Of a stretch of DNA of 64,000 nucleotides, positions 49,877-59,784 are shown piece by piece. The notes under the pieces were generated by a model. The model was not told the origin of the DNA and ran no database searches. It saw only the letters and a list, made by a program, of their open reading frames with translations. The stretch is from Candidatus Bathyarchaeota archaeon (lineage in GTDB: Archaea; Thermoproteota; Bathyarchaeia; Bathyarchaeales; Bathycorpusculaceae), in NCBI GenBank assembly GCA_963833575.1, contig CAWHXY010000001.1, forward strand, positions 1 to 64,000. The letters run 5' to 3'. Within the stretch, counting starts at the first letter, position 1; each line of letters opens with the position of its first letter. A program made the position numbers and the translations under genes.

Positions 49877-51934
49877 TTAAGGTTGATTTCTCATTATTGC
49901 ACCTTTGGTGTAGGGCACGAACTCTCTAATCTGCTCAATTGATGTTTTTCCAGCTTTTTCCCGCTGATCCTTAGACAGCTTAAGAACTAGAGACTTGAGG
50001 ATTTGCTTTAGAAGCTCTTTACTCTGAATATCACCCGGCAAGAGGACAACATAGGCTTTGGTTTTAGCTTTTACAGCATCCACGGGACCGCCAACAAAAG
50101 ATGTTTGGTCACTGACGATTATTCCGACCGCAGTTCTAAGTGGCATGTTCCGCGTCCAATTCCGTTTCCCAACAACTGCAAAAGCGCCATGTGGAACCGA
50201 TTCGCCTGAAGGGCCACTTTTGCTTAGCTGATCCACTTTAACCCAGTAAACGTCCGCAGAGCCAGCGTTTTCGCGCCAAGCTCGTGAAAAAGATGCTGCG
50301 TACTCGCCAGCTTCGTGCAACGTTTGATCACTTATGGTTTTACCTTCGGCTTTAACAACCACAAATGGGGCGCCAGAAATTTCCGCGTGAAACACAACGT
50401 CCTCTTGGTCAGTATACTTCTTTACGAGTACTTCGTTGCTGACCGTGTCTTTTCCCGCGACCACTAAAAAACCATCAGAAGAAATGAACCATCGAAACTT
50501 TTCATACCATTCCTTGTTTTCTCTCTCTAACTTTCGTTTAGAGAGTGCTTCTATAATTTCCGCTGGTTTGAGACTTTTCAACTCTTCCGCTTCATTAAGC
50601 TCTTTCTCAATTTTAGCTAACTTTTTCTTTGAATCCTCAAGTGCTATCAATGCGCCCCCAGATTTTTGCTTAGCCCTCTTCCCTTTTTCATAGTATTCGT
50701 TAGCGTTCTCAAAGAGCGAGTGTCTTAGGTTCAAGCTAAACTGACAATTATCCATGCAAAGGTTCAATGCAAGATTTTTGCCGTCAAACGATTGAATATA
50801 CGCTTCAGGTATGCTGCCAGTTTTTTTAGCTGCTAATGCATCATTGATTACAATATTCCAGTCTTTGCCATTTCGGTTTGCGCTTAAAAGTTTGTTTTGG
50901 AATGTTTGCAGTTCGTTGAAGTGAGCATAAATGGTGTCGCCGATCAATTTGTCGCGCTGCGATTTTACTTCATCTTCATGTATGGATTTTTCCTGGTCAA
51001 CGACTATTCGTTTTAGCCGTTCGGCTTCCTTCTTTAATTTATCAACTTCAACAGCATTAACGGCTCTCTCTGCCACAGTAACCCTTAGATAAAACTCATC
51101 TAAAGCCCGATTGAAAGTCTCATAAACCTGTGTTTTGAAGCCTTCATAACGCTTAAGTCTGAGGGGCACAACATCCAAGAAGTCGTCATCTTCGCCTAAA
51201 ACTATGCATGGCTCTAAATGCATGTTTGAAATGGGTGAAAGTAAACTTTGAACCGCTTCAAAAATACCCTTAACTTCAATTTCTGTCAAGGTGTTGCAAT
51301 GCTTGGTTTTTTCAACGTTAGCTCTAAGAAGGATTTCTTCCGCGTAAACTCCACCAACTCCCAAAAAACGCGCTATGGATCTAACAACTTCTGTTTTACC
51401 CGCGTTTTTGAGGGCATCTTCCAGTTCAGGTAGGTTTACTTTGAAGGGATTTTTGCTACTTGAAGGGGGCAACTCAAGAACGACATTATGGAGAATGTCT
51501 CGGTCACGCATTTTTTTGAACGCTAAGGCGTGAATGATTACGTTTTGCTCGTTGGTTATTATGATGTTGCCTTCGCCGAAAAGCTCTATTACCAGTTTTA
51601 ACAAGCCCGTTTTGGTTCGAAAGCTAACTGTTACTATTCTTTCAAACTCATACTGGTCAATACCTGCTACCCACGCATCTCGCAGGTATTTTCTGAGGGT
51701 CATGCAGAATGCGGGCGGTTCAGTAGGGTTTTCTTCAGCGTAACCAGTGGTGTGCAATCTTCTACCTGCTTCAATTACGAGTCGTATCGGAGACGTGTCT
51801 GTTTTGTGCAATTTGAAAATTACTGTTTTTTCGTCGAGTTGGTAGATGTTGTTCACTCGGGAATCAGCGATTAATCCTTTTAGTTCTTGGATTACCGCGG
51901 CGATATCAAAGCTTGAGAAGTCTTTCTTACGCAA
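49877..51934 (-). CDS. rqcH: Ribosome rescue protein RqcH (NFACT/Rqc2)
   Basis: F.MTLRKYL, ELFGEGN, ENANEYYEK, WYEKFRWF, AGKD..SNE, FHA, SKSGPSGE. Confidence 0.92.
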   Translation of the reverse strand: MRKKDFSSFDIAAVIQELKGLIADSRVNNIYQLDEKTVIFKLHKTDTSPIRLVIEAGRRLHTTGYAEENPTEPPAFCMTLRKYLRDAWVAGIDQYEFERIVTVSFRTKTGLLKLVIELFGEGNIIITNEQNVIIHALAFKKMRDRDILHNVVLELPPSSSKNPFKVNLPELEDALKNAGKTEVVRSIARFLGVGGVYAEEILLRANVEKTKHCNTLTEIEVKGIFEAVQSLLSPISNMHLEPCIVLGEDDDFLDVVPLRLKRYEGFKTQVYETFNRALDEFYLRVTVAERAVNAVEVDKLKKEAERLKRIVVDQEKSIHEDEVKSQRDKLIGDTIYAHFNELQTFQNKLLSANRNGKDWNIVINDALAAKKTGSIPEAYIQSFDGKNLALNLCMDNCQFSLNLRHSLFENANEYYEKGKRAKQKSGGALIALEDSKKKLAKIEKELNEAEELKSLKPAEIIEALSKRKLERENKEWYEKFRWFISSDGFLVVAGKDTVSNEVLVKKYTDQEDVVFHAEISGAPFVVVKAEGKTISDQTLHEAGEYAASFSRAWRENAGSADVYWVKVDQLSKSGPSGESVPHGAFAVVGKRNWTRNMPLRTAVGIIVSDQTSFVGGPVDAVKAKTKAYVVLLPGDIQSKELLKQILKSLVLKLSKDQREKAGKTSIEQIREFVPYTKGAIMRNQP

Positions 51935-52106
51935 AGTTTACACATCAACTGTCGAATCTATATGGTAATAGACTATAAAATAACCCTTTCACTTAAAAAC
52001 CACTAAAATCAGAAGGCTGATGCTTTTTGACGGGAGAAACGATTAATATCTAGGCACCTTTTTTAAGTAAGAAGAAAAATATACTCAGCCAAGGATTAGA
52101 TTCGGC

Positions 52107-52406
52107 ATGACCCCTATAGCTCAACTTTACTGGATAAGAGTCGCGTTAGGTATAGCTGCGGGAGCAGTAAGTGCAGTAGTAGCTTTTTTACTTAACAATG
52201 CAAGTGACATTACTACTTTCGTTAACGCTTTTACAATAGCCTTGATAATTTATTTAATTTCATATTACATTTTCAAGGCGCTATTCAAAAACAAAATAGA
52301 AAAACAGTCAAAAATACTCAGCACAGCCATAGCCGCTTACTTTTTCAGTTGGTTACCATTCTTCGTATTGTTCTACACGGCAATATGGGTAGCGACTGGT
52401 CACTAA
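52107..52406 (+). CDS. Small 3-TM membrane protein, EMC6-like
   Basis: YWIR..LGIAAG..S, central YLISY..K, C-terminal YFFSW..LFYT. Confidence 0.55.
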   Translation: MTPIAQLYWIRVALGIAAGAVSAVVAFLLNNASDITTFVNAFTIALIIYLISYYIFKALFKNKIEKQSKILSTAIAAYFFSWLPFFVLFYTAIWVATGH

Positions 52407-52419
52407 ACCAAAAGCAATA

Positions 52420-52881
52420 TTATTCTGATTTGTCTTTCTGAAAGAAATTTGCGATTGTAGCTTGGCTTTTGTCACTTCTTACGGTTTCTATTTTTTCTTC
52501 TGAAGGTGCAGCTTTATTATTTGTGTTTTGTGGGGCTTCAATTTCCAAGCGTGTTAAGATTCGCATGCAGTCCGCCCAAGCAGAGAAGTATCCTCGGTCA
52601 AAGTCACCATGTAAGCCATTTCGCATGTGGTCAAGGAACTCTTTGCGATACGCATGTAAATTCACTTTGTCACTTAAATCCAATTTTGCAAAGAATGCGT
52701 AATCGTCGTTAACATTTTTTCGTGACAGATACATTCCGTATAAAGCTCGGAAGTACCCTCTGTTCCAGTCGGTTTTCTGCATTTTTTGTTTGACTCGTTC
52801 CAACTCTCGCTCTGCTTCAGTGAATTGCCTACTAACTATGAGTTGGAAGTAACGTGAAACCAGGGCTTGTGGTATTGGCAT
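52420..52881 (-). CDS. Hypothetical helical protein directly downstream of radA
   Basis: Internal repeat WNRGYFRAL / FDRGYFSAW; ATG 2 nt after the radA stop. Confidence 0.75.
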   Translation of the reverse strand: MPIPQALVSRYFQLIVSRQFTEAERELERVKQKMQKTDWNRGYFRALYGMYLSRKNVNDDYAFFAKLDLSDKVNLHAYRKEFLDHMRNGLHGDFDRGYFSAWADCMRILTRLEIEAPQNTNNKAAPSEEKIETVRSDKSQATIANFFQKDKSE

Positions 52882-52883
52882 GC

Positions 52884-53954
52884 TTAGCGTCCACGACTTT
52901 TACTTGCTTTCTCGGCTTTTTCCTCTTCCGAGACATCTTCTATTCCGTTCTCCGTGACTTTAAGTATTTCCTCTCCTTCGGGCAAATATGGGCTGGAAAC
53001 TAGTCTTGCAATTCTTATTGGTCCGTGAGGTGCTCTGCGAAGATAGATACGAGTATGGCTTGTGTGGCCAACGATGTTTCCGCCGATTGGGTGGATTGCG
53101 TCGCCAAAGAATTGGTCGGGTTTTGCCATCACTTGGTTAGTTACGACCGCTACTGCATTGAATGCTCTGGCCAAAGCGATTAGTTTATGCATATGCTTGT
53201 TAAGTTTCTGCTGTCTTGAAGCCAACATTTCTCTTCCGAGATATTCACTTCGGAAATGCGCTGTTAATGAGTCAACTATAATTAATTTGATGTTGTTTGC
53301 TTTAATTATTTCATCAGCGTTCTCAAGAAGGAACATTTGATGGTCTGAAGTGTAGGCTTCAGCGTAAATGATGTTTTTCACCACTGTTTCAGGGTCTAGA
53401 CCTAAAAATTTTGACATTTGTACTATTCGTTCAAGCCTGAAAGTGTTTTCCGTATCTACGTATAATGCTGCACCATTTAATCCTCCGCGTTCGGGCGGAA
53501 GTTGAACGTTCACGCATAATTGATGACACATTTGGCTTTTTCCACTGCCATACTCACCATAAAATTCTGTTATCGTTTGCGTTTCTAAGCCGCCATCAAC
53601 GACTTTGTCTAAGGCTTTACTGCCTGTGCTCAAACGAAGAACGTTTTTGCGCATTTTGAAGAGTTCATCTGCACGGATAAACGAAATGCCTATGGCTGAA
53701 CGTGCCGCTTCTATAATTTGAAAAGCCTTTTTCTCACTCACTCCGACCGGTTCTAGTTCGCGTGAGGTCGCCATAGCTAAAGACTCGACAGTGTGGTAGC
53801 CAAGTTCGCGAAGTTTCTGGGCTGTAGCGGGACCGACTCCTGGCAAGTCTTCTATGAATTGATATTTTTCCTTGTTTACTTCAATTTCTGATTTTTGAGT
53901 TTCAGGTTCTTGTTCTCTCTGATCTTCAGCATCTTCTTCAGTCATTACTTCCAC
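52884..53954 (-). CDS. radA: DNA repair and recombination protein RadA
   Basis: HhH LPGVGP, GEYGSGKSQ, DTENTFR, IVDS, RQQKL, TNQV. Confidence 0.97.
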   Translation of the reverse strand: MEVMTEEDAEDQREQEPETQKSEIEVNKEKYQFIEDLPGVGPATAQKLRELGYHTVESLAMATSRELEPVGVSEKKAFQIIEAARSAIGISFIRADELFKMRKNVLRLSTGSKALDKVVDGGLETQTITEFYGEYGSGKSQMCHQLCVNVQLPPERGGLNGAALYVDTENTFRLERIVQMSKFLGLDPETVVKNIIYAEAYTSDHQMFLLENADEIIKANNIKLIIVDSLTAHFRSEYLGREMLASRQQKLNKHMHKLIALARAFNAVAVVTNQVMAKPDQFFGDAIHPIGGNIVGHTSHTRIYLRRAPHGPIRIARLVSSPYLPEGEEILKVTENGIEDVSEEEKAEKASKSRGR

Positions 53955-54116
53955 ACTTGGATGATGAAGTAATGTCTGGGATATTTAAAACAACCGAAGA
54001 TTAGGGTTAGTTGCTCAGTGGAGGGGTGAGTGAAAGTGAAGGTTGACTTTGATGTCTATGAAATCTTTTTGGTAGAAGGGTTAACTAATTTCAAATAAAA
54101 AGTTTGAGGATTTAGG

Positions 54117-54398
54117 TTATTCTTTGCATTGTTTGAGTTCGCTGAGTTCTTGCATGGTTTTGTTGAGTATGAATGTGTCTTGAATAGTTTTAATTGAAGA
54201 AACCGGCAAGCAAACGACCACTTTTCCAAGGTATGGTCTTTTGAAGCCTATCTTCTTTGTGGCTTCATCTGTTAAGGCAACGTAGAAATTGTTTATTTGC
54301 CAGGTGTTCATGTCTAGTTCTGCGCTTTCAACTTCGCCAAGCAAAAAGGCGTCTGAACTGTATGCTTTTTTCCAAAATATTCTGCTTATTTCAACCAT
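54117..54398 (-). CDS. PRC-barrel domain protein
   Basis: K.AYSSDA..LGEV...ELD..TWQI pattern. Confidence 0.7.
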   Translation of the reverse strand: MVEISRIFWKKAYSSDAFLLGEVESAELDMNTWQINNFYVALTDEATKKIGFKRPYLGKVVVCLPVSSIKTIQDTFILNKTMQELSELKQCKE

Positions 54399-54508
54399 TT
54401 AGAAACCTCGCTATTAAACTTACAAGCGCATCCTTATATCTGTTTTTTAAAGGGAAAGTGCGAAATCCTTTTTTACACCACAAACTCATAGTTTATTTGG
54501 TAATTTTT

Positions 54509-54886
54509 ATGACTTCTCAAAATCAAACAAAAGAGCTTACTCCTGAAGAGGAACGTGTTATAGTCAAAAAGGGCACGGAGATCCCTTTCACTGGGAAATA
54601 CTTTGCTTTTTGGGAAAAAGGCACCTATGTTTGCAAACGTTGCGGCGCAAAACTGTACCGTTCAGAAAACAAGTTTGAAGCAGATTGCGGGTGGCCAAGC
54701 TTTGACGGGGAAATACCTGGCGCTGTAAAACGGTTGCCCGACCCTGACGGCGTACGAACAGAAATACAATGCGTCAACTGCGGCGCCCACTTAGGCCACG
54801 TCTTCACAGGTGAACACTTCACCGAAAAGAACACTCGGCACTGCGTAAACTCAATTTCAATGGATTTCATCCCAGACAAAGTCTAA
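54509..54886 (+). CDS. msrB: Methionine-R-sulfoxide reductase
   Basis: KGTE.PF, CKRC, GWPSF, C.NCGAHLGHVF, RHCVNS; start at MTSQ. Confidence 0.93.
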   Translation: MTSQNQTKELTPEEERVIVKKGTEIPFTGKYFAFWEKGTYVCKRCGAKLYRSENKFEADCGWPSFDGEIPGAVKRLPDPDGVRTEIQCVNCGAHLGHVFTGEHFTEKNTRHCVNSISMDFIPDKV

Positions 54887-54955
54887 GCTTAAAGAAATGA
54901 AAAACAAGATTCAATAGCCAAAAAAATGACGTAATTATTTAGGAGCTAAAAGGGA

Positions 54956-55279
54956 ATGTCTAAAGAACTTGTTGCAGAAGTCTCAAACATTGCAGATTTA
55001 ATTGATTATCAGGATGGCTCAGTGGTTAGCCGAACATTAATTGACAAGAAGACAGGCACGGTAACATTGTTTGCGTTTGACAACGGTCAAGGTTTAAGTG
55101 AGCACACCGCGCCTTACGACGCACTGGTTTACATTCTTGACGGAGAAGTAGAAATCACAATATCAGGCAAACCTCTAAGACTAAAACAAGGAGAAATGAC
55201 CATTATGCCAGCTAACAAGCAACATGCCTTAACTGCAAAAACAAAGTTCAAAATGCTTCTAACAATGATAAAATCCTAA
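54956..55279 (+). CDS. Cupin domain protein
   Basis: TLFAFD.GQGLSEHTAP..G..MPANKQHAL. Confidence 0.88.
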   Translation: MSKELVAEVSNIADLIDYQDGSVVSRTLIDKKTGTVTLFAFDNGQGLSEHTAPYDALVYILDGEVEITISGKPLRLKQGEMTIMPANKQHALTAKTKFKMLLTMIKS

Positions 55280-55520
55280 CCCAACTTCCTTCCCAGGTAT
55301 ATCAAAACAATAGTCTCTAATTGCTCTTCTAATTATCATAATTGATTTCTCATTTGGATTGGTAACCCATAGCAAACAACGTTTCAGGCTCAATCTCCTT
55401 AGGGATTTTCTAGCACAATGTGGCTAGTTTATCTTTTGAAAATTGAGATTTGCTGCAACTTTTTTTCTTTGTGTTTTGGGTTGCTTTTTTGATTTAGCGT
55501 TTGCTGCGTTTGCAGGTTGC

Positions 55521-55600
55521 GTACAGATTCGGCTAGATTCGTACAGTTTCGTAGAGAAAAGTATGGAAAAGTATGAAAAAGGTTAGTAAAGTATGGAAAA
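55521..55600. repeat. Degenerate 10-bp tandem repeat array (8 units)
   Basis: gtacagattc ggctagattc gtacagtttc gtagagaaaa gtatggaaaa gtatgaaaaa ggttagtaaa gtatggaaaa. Confidence 0.65.
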
Positions 55601-55817
55601 GGTCGTTGGAGATTGGTTGGTTTGTTTGAAAGTGGCTGAATTTTGAGAAGCTCATTTCAGTAGGCTTTCTTGGTTTGGGGTTTGGTTCGTTTGCAAGTTG
55701 CGACTCTATTCGACCCTACGCGCCCTTCTCGATTCCTTCTAACTCCTATTGTGACACTACCCTGGCAGACTTGTTTGTTTTGACTCGCTGATTTTTTGGG
55801 TATTGCTTAGTCTAACT

Positions 55818-56435
55818 TTAGGTGAACTCTTTGCCCCAGTAGTTCTTGAATGCATAGTTTTTGAGCTTTTTTCTGGGAGGTGTAGTTGGCTGTTCAGCGG
55901 GGTAACCCATCAGAATCAACGCTTGAGGCTCAACATCGCTTGGAATCTTTAGCACTTTTCTAACTGTGCCTTTGCAAAAGCCCGGTGCACAGAACCAGCA
56001 TGCACCTAAACCCTTGGCATGTGCTGTCAACAGCATATTTTGTATAGCTGCCCCCAAACCTTGGATAGCCAAATCCCTCTCGCAATCTCTCAGCTTTTTG
56101 TCCGGAAATTTTTTCATCTCGTTCATAGTAAAACAGGCAAGTATGAGTACAGGAGCGGTAGCGAACCTATCGATCCTTTTTTTTCGTATTTCTTCTTCAA
56201 TTTTTAAGCCGTCCTTAGCCATGTCGGCAGTCCACGATTCAGCCATAGAATCTGCTAATTCCTGCTTTACTGAAATGTCTTCTAAAACGATGAACCGCCA
56301 GGGTTGAGCGTTATGAGCTGAAGGAGCCCAGCCGGCAGCCAACAAAACGTCTTTGATTAGATCTTGTGAAACAGGCGTGTCTAAGAATTTCCTGATGCTT
56401 CGTCTTAATTTTATTTCATCTAGCAAGTATGCCAT
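55818..56435 (-). CDS. Nitroreductase family protein (similar to the FbiB C-terminal domain)
   Basis: RRSIRKF, WAPSAHNAQPWRF, QNMLLTAHAKGLGACW, MGYP. Confidence 0.9.
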   Translation of the reverse strand: MAYLLDEIKLRRSIRKFLDTPVSQDLIKDVLLAAGWAPSAHNAQPWRFIVLEDISVKQELADSMAESWTADMAKDGLKIEEEIRKKRIDRFATAPVLILACFTMNEMKKFPDKKLRDCERDLAIQGLGAAIQNMLLTAHAKGLGACWFCAPGFCKGTVRKVLKIPSDVEPQALILMGYPAEQPTTPPRKKLKNYAFKNYWGKEFT

Positions 56436-56476
56436 GAATAGCTGTATGTTAGCACTCTTTTTATCTCTTATTTACT

Positions 56477-57796
56477 TCATTCTTGAAGTGGCTTTGTTTT
56501 TCTGCCATTTATGACCAGTCTAAGCACAACTACAACTATTATCACAATTGCAATTGCAGCAACTATTCCATAAACAATCTGAATAAAGCTCGATTGCGTC
56601 GTTGTTCCACTATGCGGGGCTATCGGGCTTGAAGAGGAGCCTGTTAGTAATGGTAAACTTGCCCAGAGTTGAAGTTCTGGTGCAGCTTCCGTTTCAGGTA
56701 AACTTACGATCACTTCGTGCGTCGAATGGTGATAAACGAAGTAGAGGATCTGGGAATCGCCTACGGTGTTGGCGGTGAAGTTTATGTCTTGTTTGTCGAC
56801 GTAAATTTTCAGGCCAGCAAGATTGGGCAGCAGGGTTTTGGAGACGGTGATGTTTACGTAGCCTGTTGTTCCTGGTGGTCCGCTTACGGTGAAGGACAGT
56901 TCTTCTGAGGTTGAGTTAAATGCCAGTGAGGAAACGGTTGAGTTTGATGTTATTGAGAACGTTGGCTGGGTTTGGTCGCTTGAAGTTGGTATAGGGCTGG
57001 GTGTATTCAAAAGATTAGGTGTCTGCTGAACAGTTATGTTGTCTATTTGGAAGTTGGTCCAGCCCCACCAGGAGCCCCAGGCGGCTTCATCTTCTGGTGA
57101 TACGGGTAGATCAAATATGGGTGGCTCGCCAACGATGATTGTTGTAGGCCTCAAATCTGATTGGGCTTGAGCAACTTGATTTCCGTTAACATAAACTAAG
57201 TAGGTTCCGTTAATGTATCTTAACTCATAAGTTTGTTCTGGAGAGGATGGCTTAAAACCCGAATAGTCCACTTCGTAAACTGCCTTGTTTAAGAGTTCTA
57301 TGTAAATATCTGTTTGGTTATTACTGACTAATTGTCCAGTTTGTGGATCGACCACTGTTCCTTTATCCGCTGCCCAAACATCAAATATTTTATTGTGCCA
57401 AGTGCCGTCAGACTGGTCAATAGTAGGTGTTCCATTACCTATCATTAGTCCGTCTCCCCAGTCAGCAATACAGGTATATTGTAAGCTAAACTCCAAAACG
57501 AAGTCGCCACTGGTTGGAAACGGATTATTGATTGTTTGAATGAACGGAAATGCTGAACCATTGCTTGACATGTACAAGTAGCTGTTTGCCACAGTAATAT
57601 TGCCGCCGTACGCTGGGTTACCAGATAAATCAACGTTTTGTTCCTGTACCTGCCACTTAGAAGCGTCAACTGCCGAACCTTCGAAATGGTCAGAAAAAAA
57701 ACTTGAATCCTGAGCTTTGGCTGATTGGATACTGACAAACGGGGAAAGTACAAATATAATCAAAACTAAAACAGCGAATAGACCTGAATTTTTCAA
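56477..57796 (-). CDS. Secreted/anchored surface protein with lectin-like and Ig-like modules
   Basis: Signal peptide, SDHFEG..KW..IDNI jelly-roll pattern, SNSTVSSLAFN module, C-terminal TM plus basic tail. Confidence 0.7.
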   Translation of the reverse strand: MKNSGLFAVLVLIIFVLSPFVSIQSAKAQDSSFFSDHFEGSAVDASKWQVQEQNVDLSGNPAYGGNITVANSYLYMSSNGSAFPFIQTINNPFPTSGDFVLEFSLQYTCIADWGDGLMIGNGTPTIDQSDGTWHNKIFDVWAADKGTVVDPQTGQLVSNNQTDIYIELLNKAVYEVDYSGFKPSSPEQTYELRYINGTYLVYVNGNQVAQAQSDLRPTTIIVGEPPIFDLPVSPEDEAAWGSWWGWTNFQIDNITVQQTPNLLNTPSPIPTSSDQTQPTFSITSNSTVSSLAFNSTSEELSFTVSGPPGTTGYVNITVSKTLLPNLAGLKIYVDKQDINFTANTVGDSQILYFVYHHSTHEVIVSLPETEAAPELQLWASLPLLTGSSSSPIAPHSGTTTQSSFIQIVYGIVAAIAIVIIVVVVLRLVINGRKTKPLQE

Positions 57797-57931
57797 TTAC
57801 TTGACCCTCAGCTCTACCCTATTAGATTAAAGTTTTACTAATTTTAAGATTTCTTATCAAGTTTCTTGACTAAACGAATTAACATTTACTCAAAATTTCT
57901 TAACTAGAAACGTGCCCTATCAGTTAGTTTC

Positions 57932-58960
57932 CTAAGCCCTATTTGGCTCCAAAATAACCTTTAGTGATTGGCCAGCTTCAGCCATCAACTTGAAGCCTTC
58001 CTGTGCCTCGCTCAAACTAAGTCTGTGCGTGATCATATCTTTGATATTGAGTTGTTTAGTTGCTAAAACGCGCATTGATTCTTCCAAATCATTTGGCGCT
58101 GCTCCGTAGCTGGTGCGCATGGTTATTTCGTTTCTCCAGAACTGGTTAATTGGAACTGGAAGCTTCACCGTTGGATCGGGCACAGCAAAAAACAATATAG
58201 TTCCCCCATTTTCTACACAGTCTAAAGCTGTCAAAGCAGCTGACGTCGCTCCAGTGCAGACAATCACTTGGTCTGCTAGCCGTCCATTGTTGATTTCTTT
58301 TAGTTTCTGAGGAAGGTTCTCCTTTGCGTTTAATGTTTGGTTTGCGCCAAATTTTTTTGCAAGTTCCAGTCTGTATGAGTTAATGTCCGCTACAACAATG
58401 TTTTCTAAGCCTTTAAATTTAGCAAGTTGTGTATGCAAGATCCCTGATATGCCGCCGCCTACAATTAGAACTGTATCGTCTTTTTTTAGAACAGCTAGGC
58501 GTTGCCCTCTCGACACGCATGCTAGTGGCTCAATAAAGGTGCCTTCTTCAAAAGACATGTCTTCGGGCAGCTTGTAGATTCCGAAATCGATGTTTATTTT
58601 TGGGACTCGAATGTATTGTGAGAAGCCGCCTGGGTAATAATTTGTTGTATGTAGTGTATGGCAGGCTGTGTTGGAGCCTCTTTGGCAGTAACGGCATTGG
58701 TTACAGGGTACGTGGTGAGAAACAAAGACTCTGTCACCAACTTTTACGCCTTTAGCTTTGCTGCCGACATTCTCGATGACGCCTGTTGCTTCATGTCCCA
58801 ACACACGCGGTGCTTTTGGCACTCGGTACCATTCAATAACGTCGCTGCCGCATATGCCGCTAGCCATAACTTTAAGCAACGCTTCGTCATCGCCGATGTT
58901 TGGGATTGGTATCTCTTCGATGCGAACGTCATGGTTGTTGTAGTAGACAGCGGCTAGCAA
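57932..58960 (-). CDS. Zn-dependent medium-chain (sugar) alcohol dehydrogenase
   Basis: GICGSD, GHE, C..C..C.......C, EPLAC, GGGISG. Confidence 0.92.
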   Translation of the reverse strand: MLAAVYYNNHDVRIEEIPIPNIGDDEALLKVMASGICGSDVIEWYRVPKAPRVLGHEATGVIENVGSKAKGVKVGDRVFVSHHVPCNQCRYCQRGSNTACHTLHTTNYYPGGFSQYIRVPKINIDFGIYKLPEDMSFEEGTFIEPLACVSRGQRLAVLKKDDTVLIVGGGISGILHTQLAKFKGLENIVVADINSYRLELAKKFGANQTLNAKENLPQKLKEINNGRLADQVIVCTGATSAALTALDCVENGGTILFFAVPDPTVKLPVPINQFWRNEITMRTSYGAAPNDLEESMRVLATKQLNIKDMITHRLSLSEAQEGFKLMAEAGQSLKVILEPNRA

Positions 58961-58986
58961 CTTTTTTCACCAAAAGAAAGTTTGGG

Positions 58987-59784
58987 TTAAGCTTTGCCTG
59001 CTTTTATTTGATTGAAGAGATCGAAGGCTTCTTGCGGTGTATAGTTTTCATGGATGATAGCTCGGAGTCCTCTTATGGCAGCCACAGGGTTTTCGGTTTG
59101 CCAAACGTTCCTTCCCAAGTTAACACCTATAGCGCCCTTCTGCATACCATCATAGACAAAGTCGAATACTTCTTTTTGTGTTTCAGCTTTAGGTCCGCCT
59201 GCCATAACAACTGGCACTGGGCAGCCGTCAACAACTTTTTCAAAGTTTTCTTTGCAATAGTATGTTTTGACAACTCTTGCGCCTATTTCAGCTGAAACTC
59301 TGGCAACCAAAGCTAAGTAGCGGGCTTCTCGTTTTTCAAGTTCTTTTCCAACCGCTGAAACAGCCATAACTGGAACGCCATACTCTTCGCATTCATCAAC
59401 GAGTTTAGCTAGATTGCTTAGACTTTTATTTTCATATTTTGTTCCTGCAAAAACAGACATAGAAACTGCACTAACGTTTAAACGCAGAATCTCTTCAATT
59501 GATGTGACTACGCTTTCGTTAGCTAGGTCTTCACCTACAACCGTTACTGCTCCGGAAACTCGTAGTATGATAGGTTTCTCAATTGCTGGATCAATGCAAT
59601 TGCGCAAAACGCCGCGAGTAAGCATGATTGCATCAGCATACTGGTATATTGGTTTGATTGTTTGTTCAGGTTTCTCAAGACCATGTGTTGGTCCTTGGAA
59701 GTATCCGTGATCAACGGGTAAAAAGAGGGCTTTGCCATCTTTCTGTATAAGTCGGCTTAATCTGTTTTTCATACCCCAATCCAT
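58987..59784 (-). CDS. lsrF: LsrF-like class I aldolase/thiolase
   Basis: DWGMKNRLSR, DHGYFQGPT.GLE, VKTYY, AGGPK, GRNVWQ. Confidence 0.85.
   Translation of the reverse strand: MDWGMKNRLSRLIQKDGKALFLPVDHGYFQGPTHGLEKPEQTIKPIYQYADAIMLTRGVLRNCIDPAIEKPIILRVSGAVTVVGEDLANESVVTSIEEILRLNVSAVSMSVFAGTKYENKSLSNLAKLVDECEEYGVPVMAVSAVGKELEKREARYLALVARVSAEIGARVVKTYYCKENFEKVVDGCPVPVVMAGGPKAETQKEVFDFVYDGMQKGAIGVNLGRNVWQTENPVAAIRGLRAIIHENYTPQEAFDLFNQIKAGKA

Noticed and set aside
52884-53954. Intein in RadA
   Set aside because: Normal length and an uninterrupted Walker A region
55521-55600. Possible CRISPR array
   Set aside because: Units are 10 bp, degenerate and contiguous, with no spacers and no cas genes
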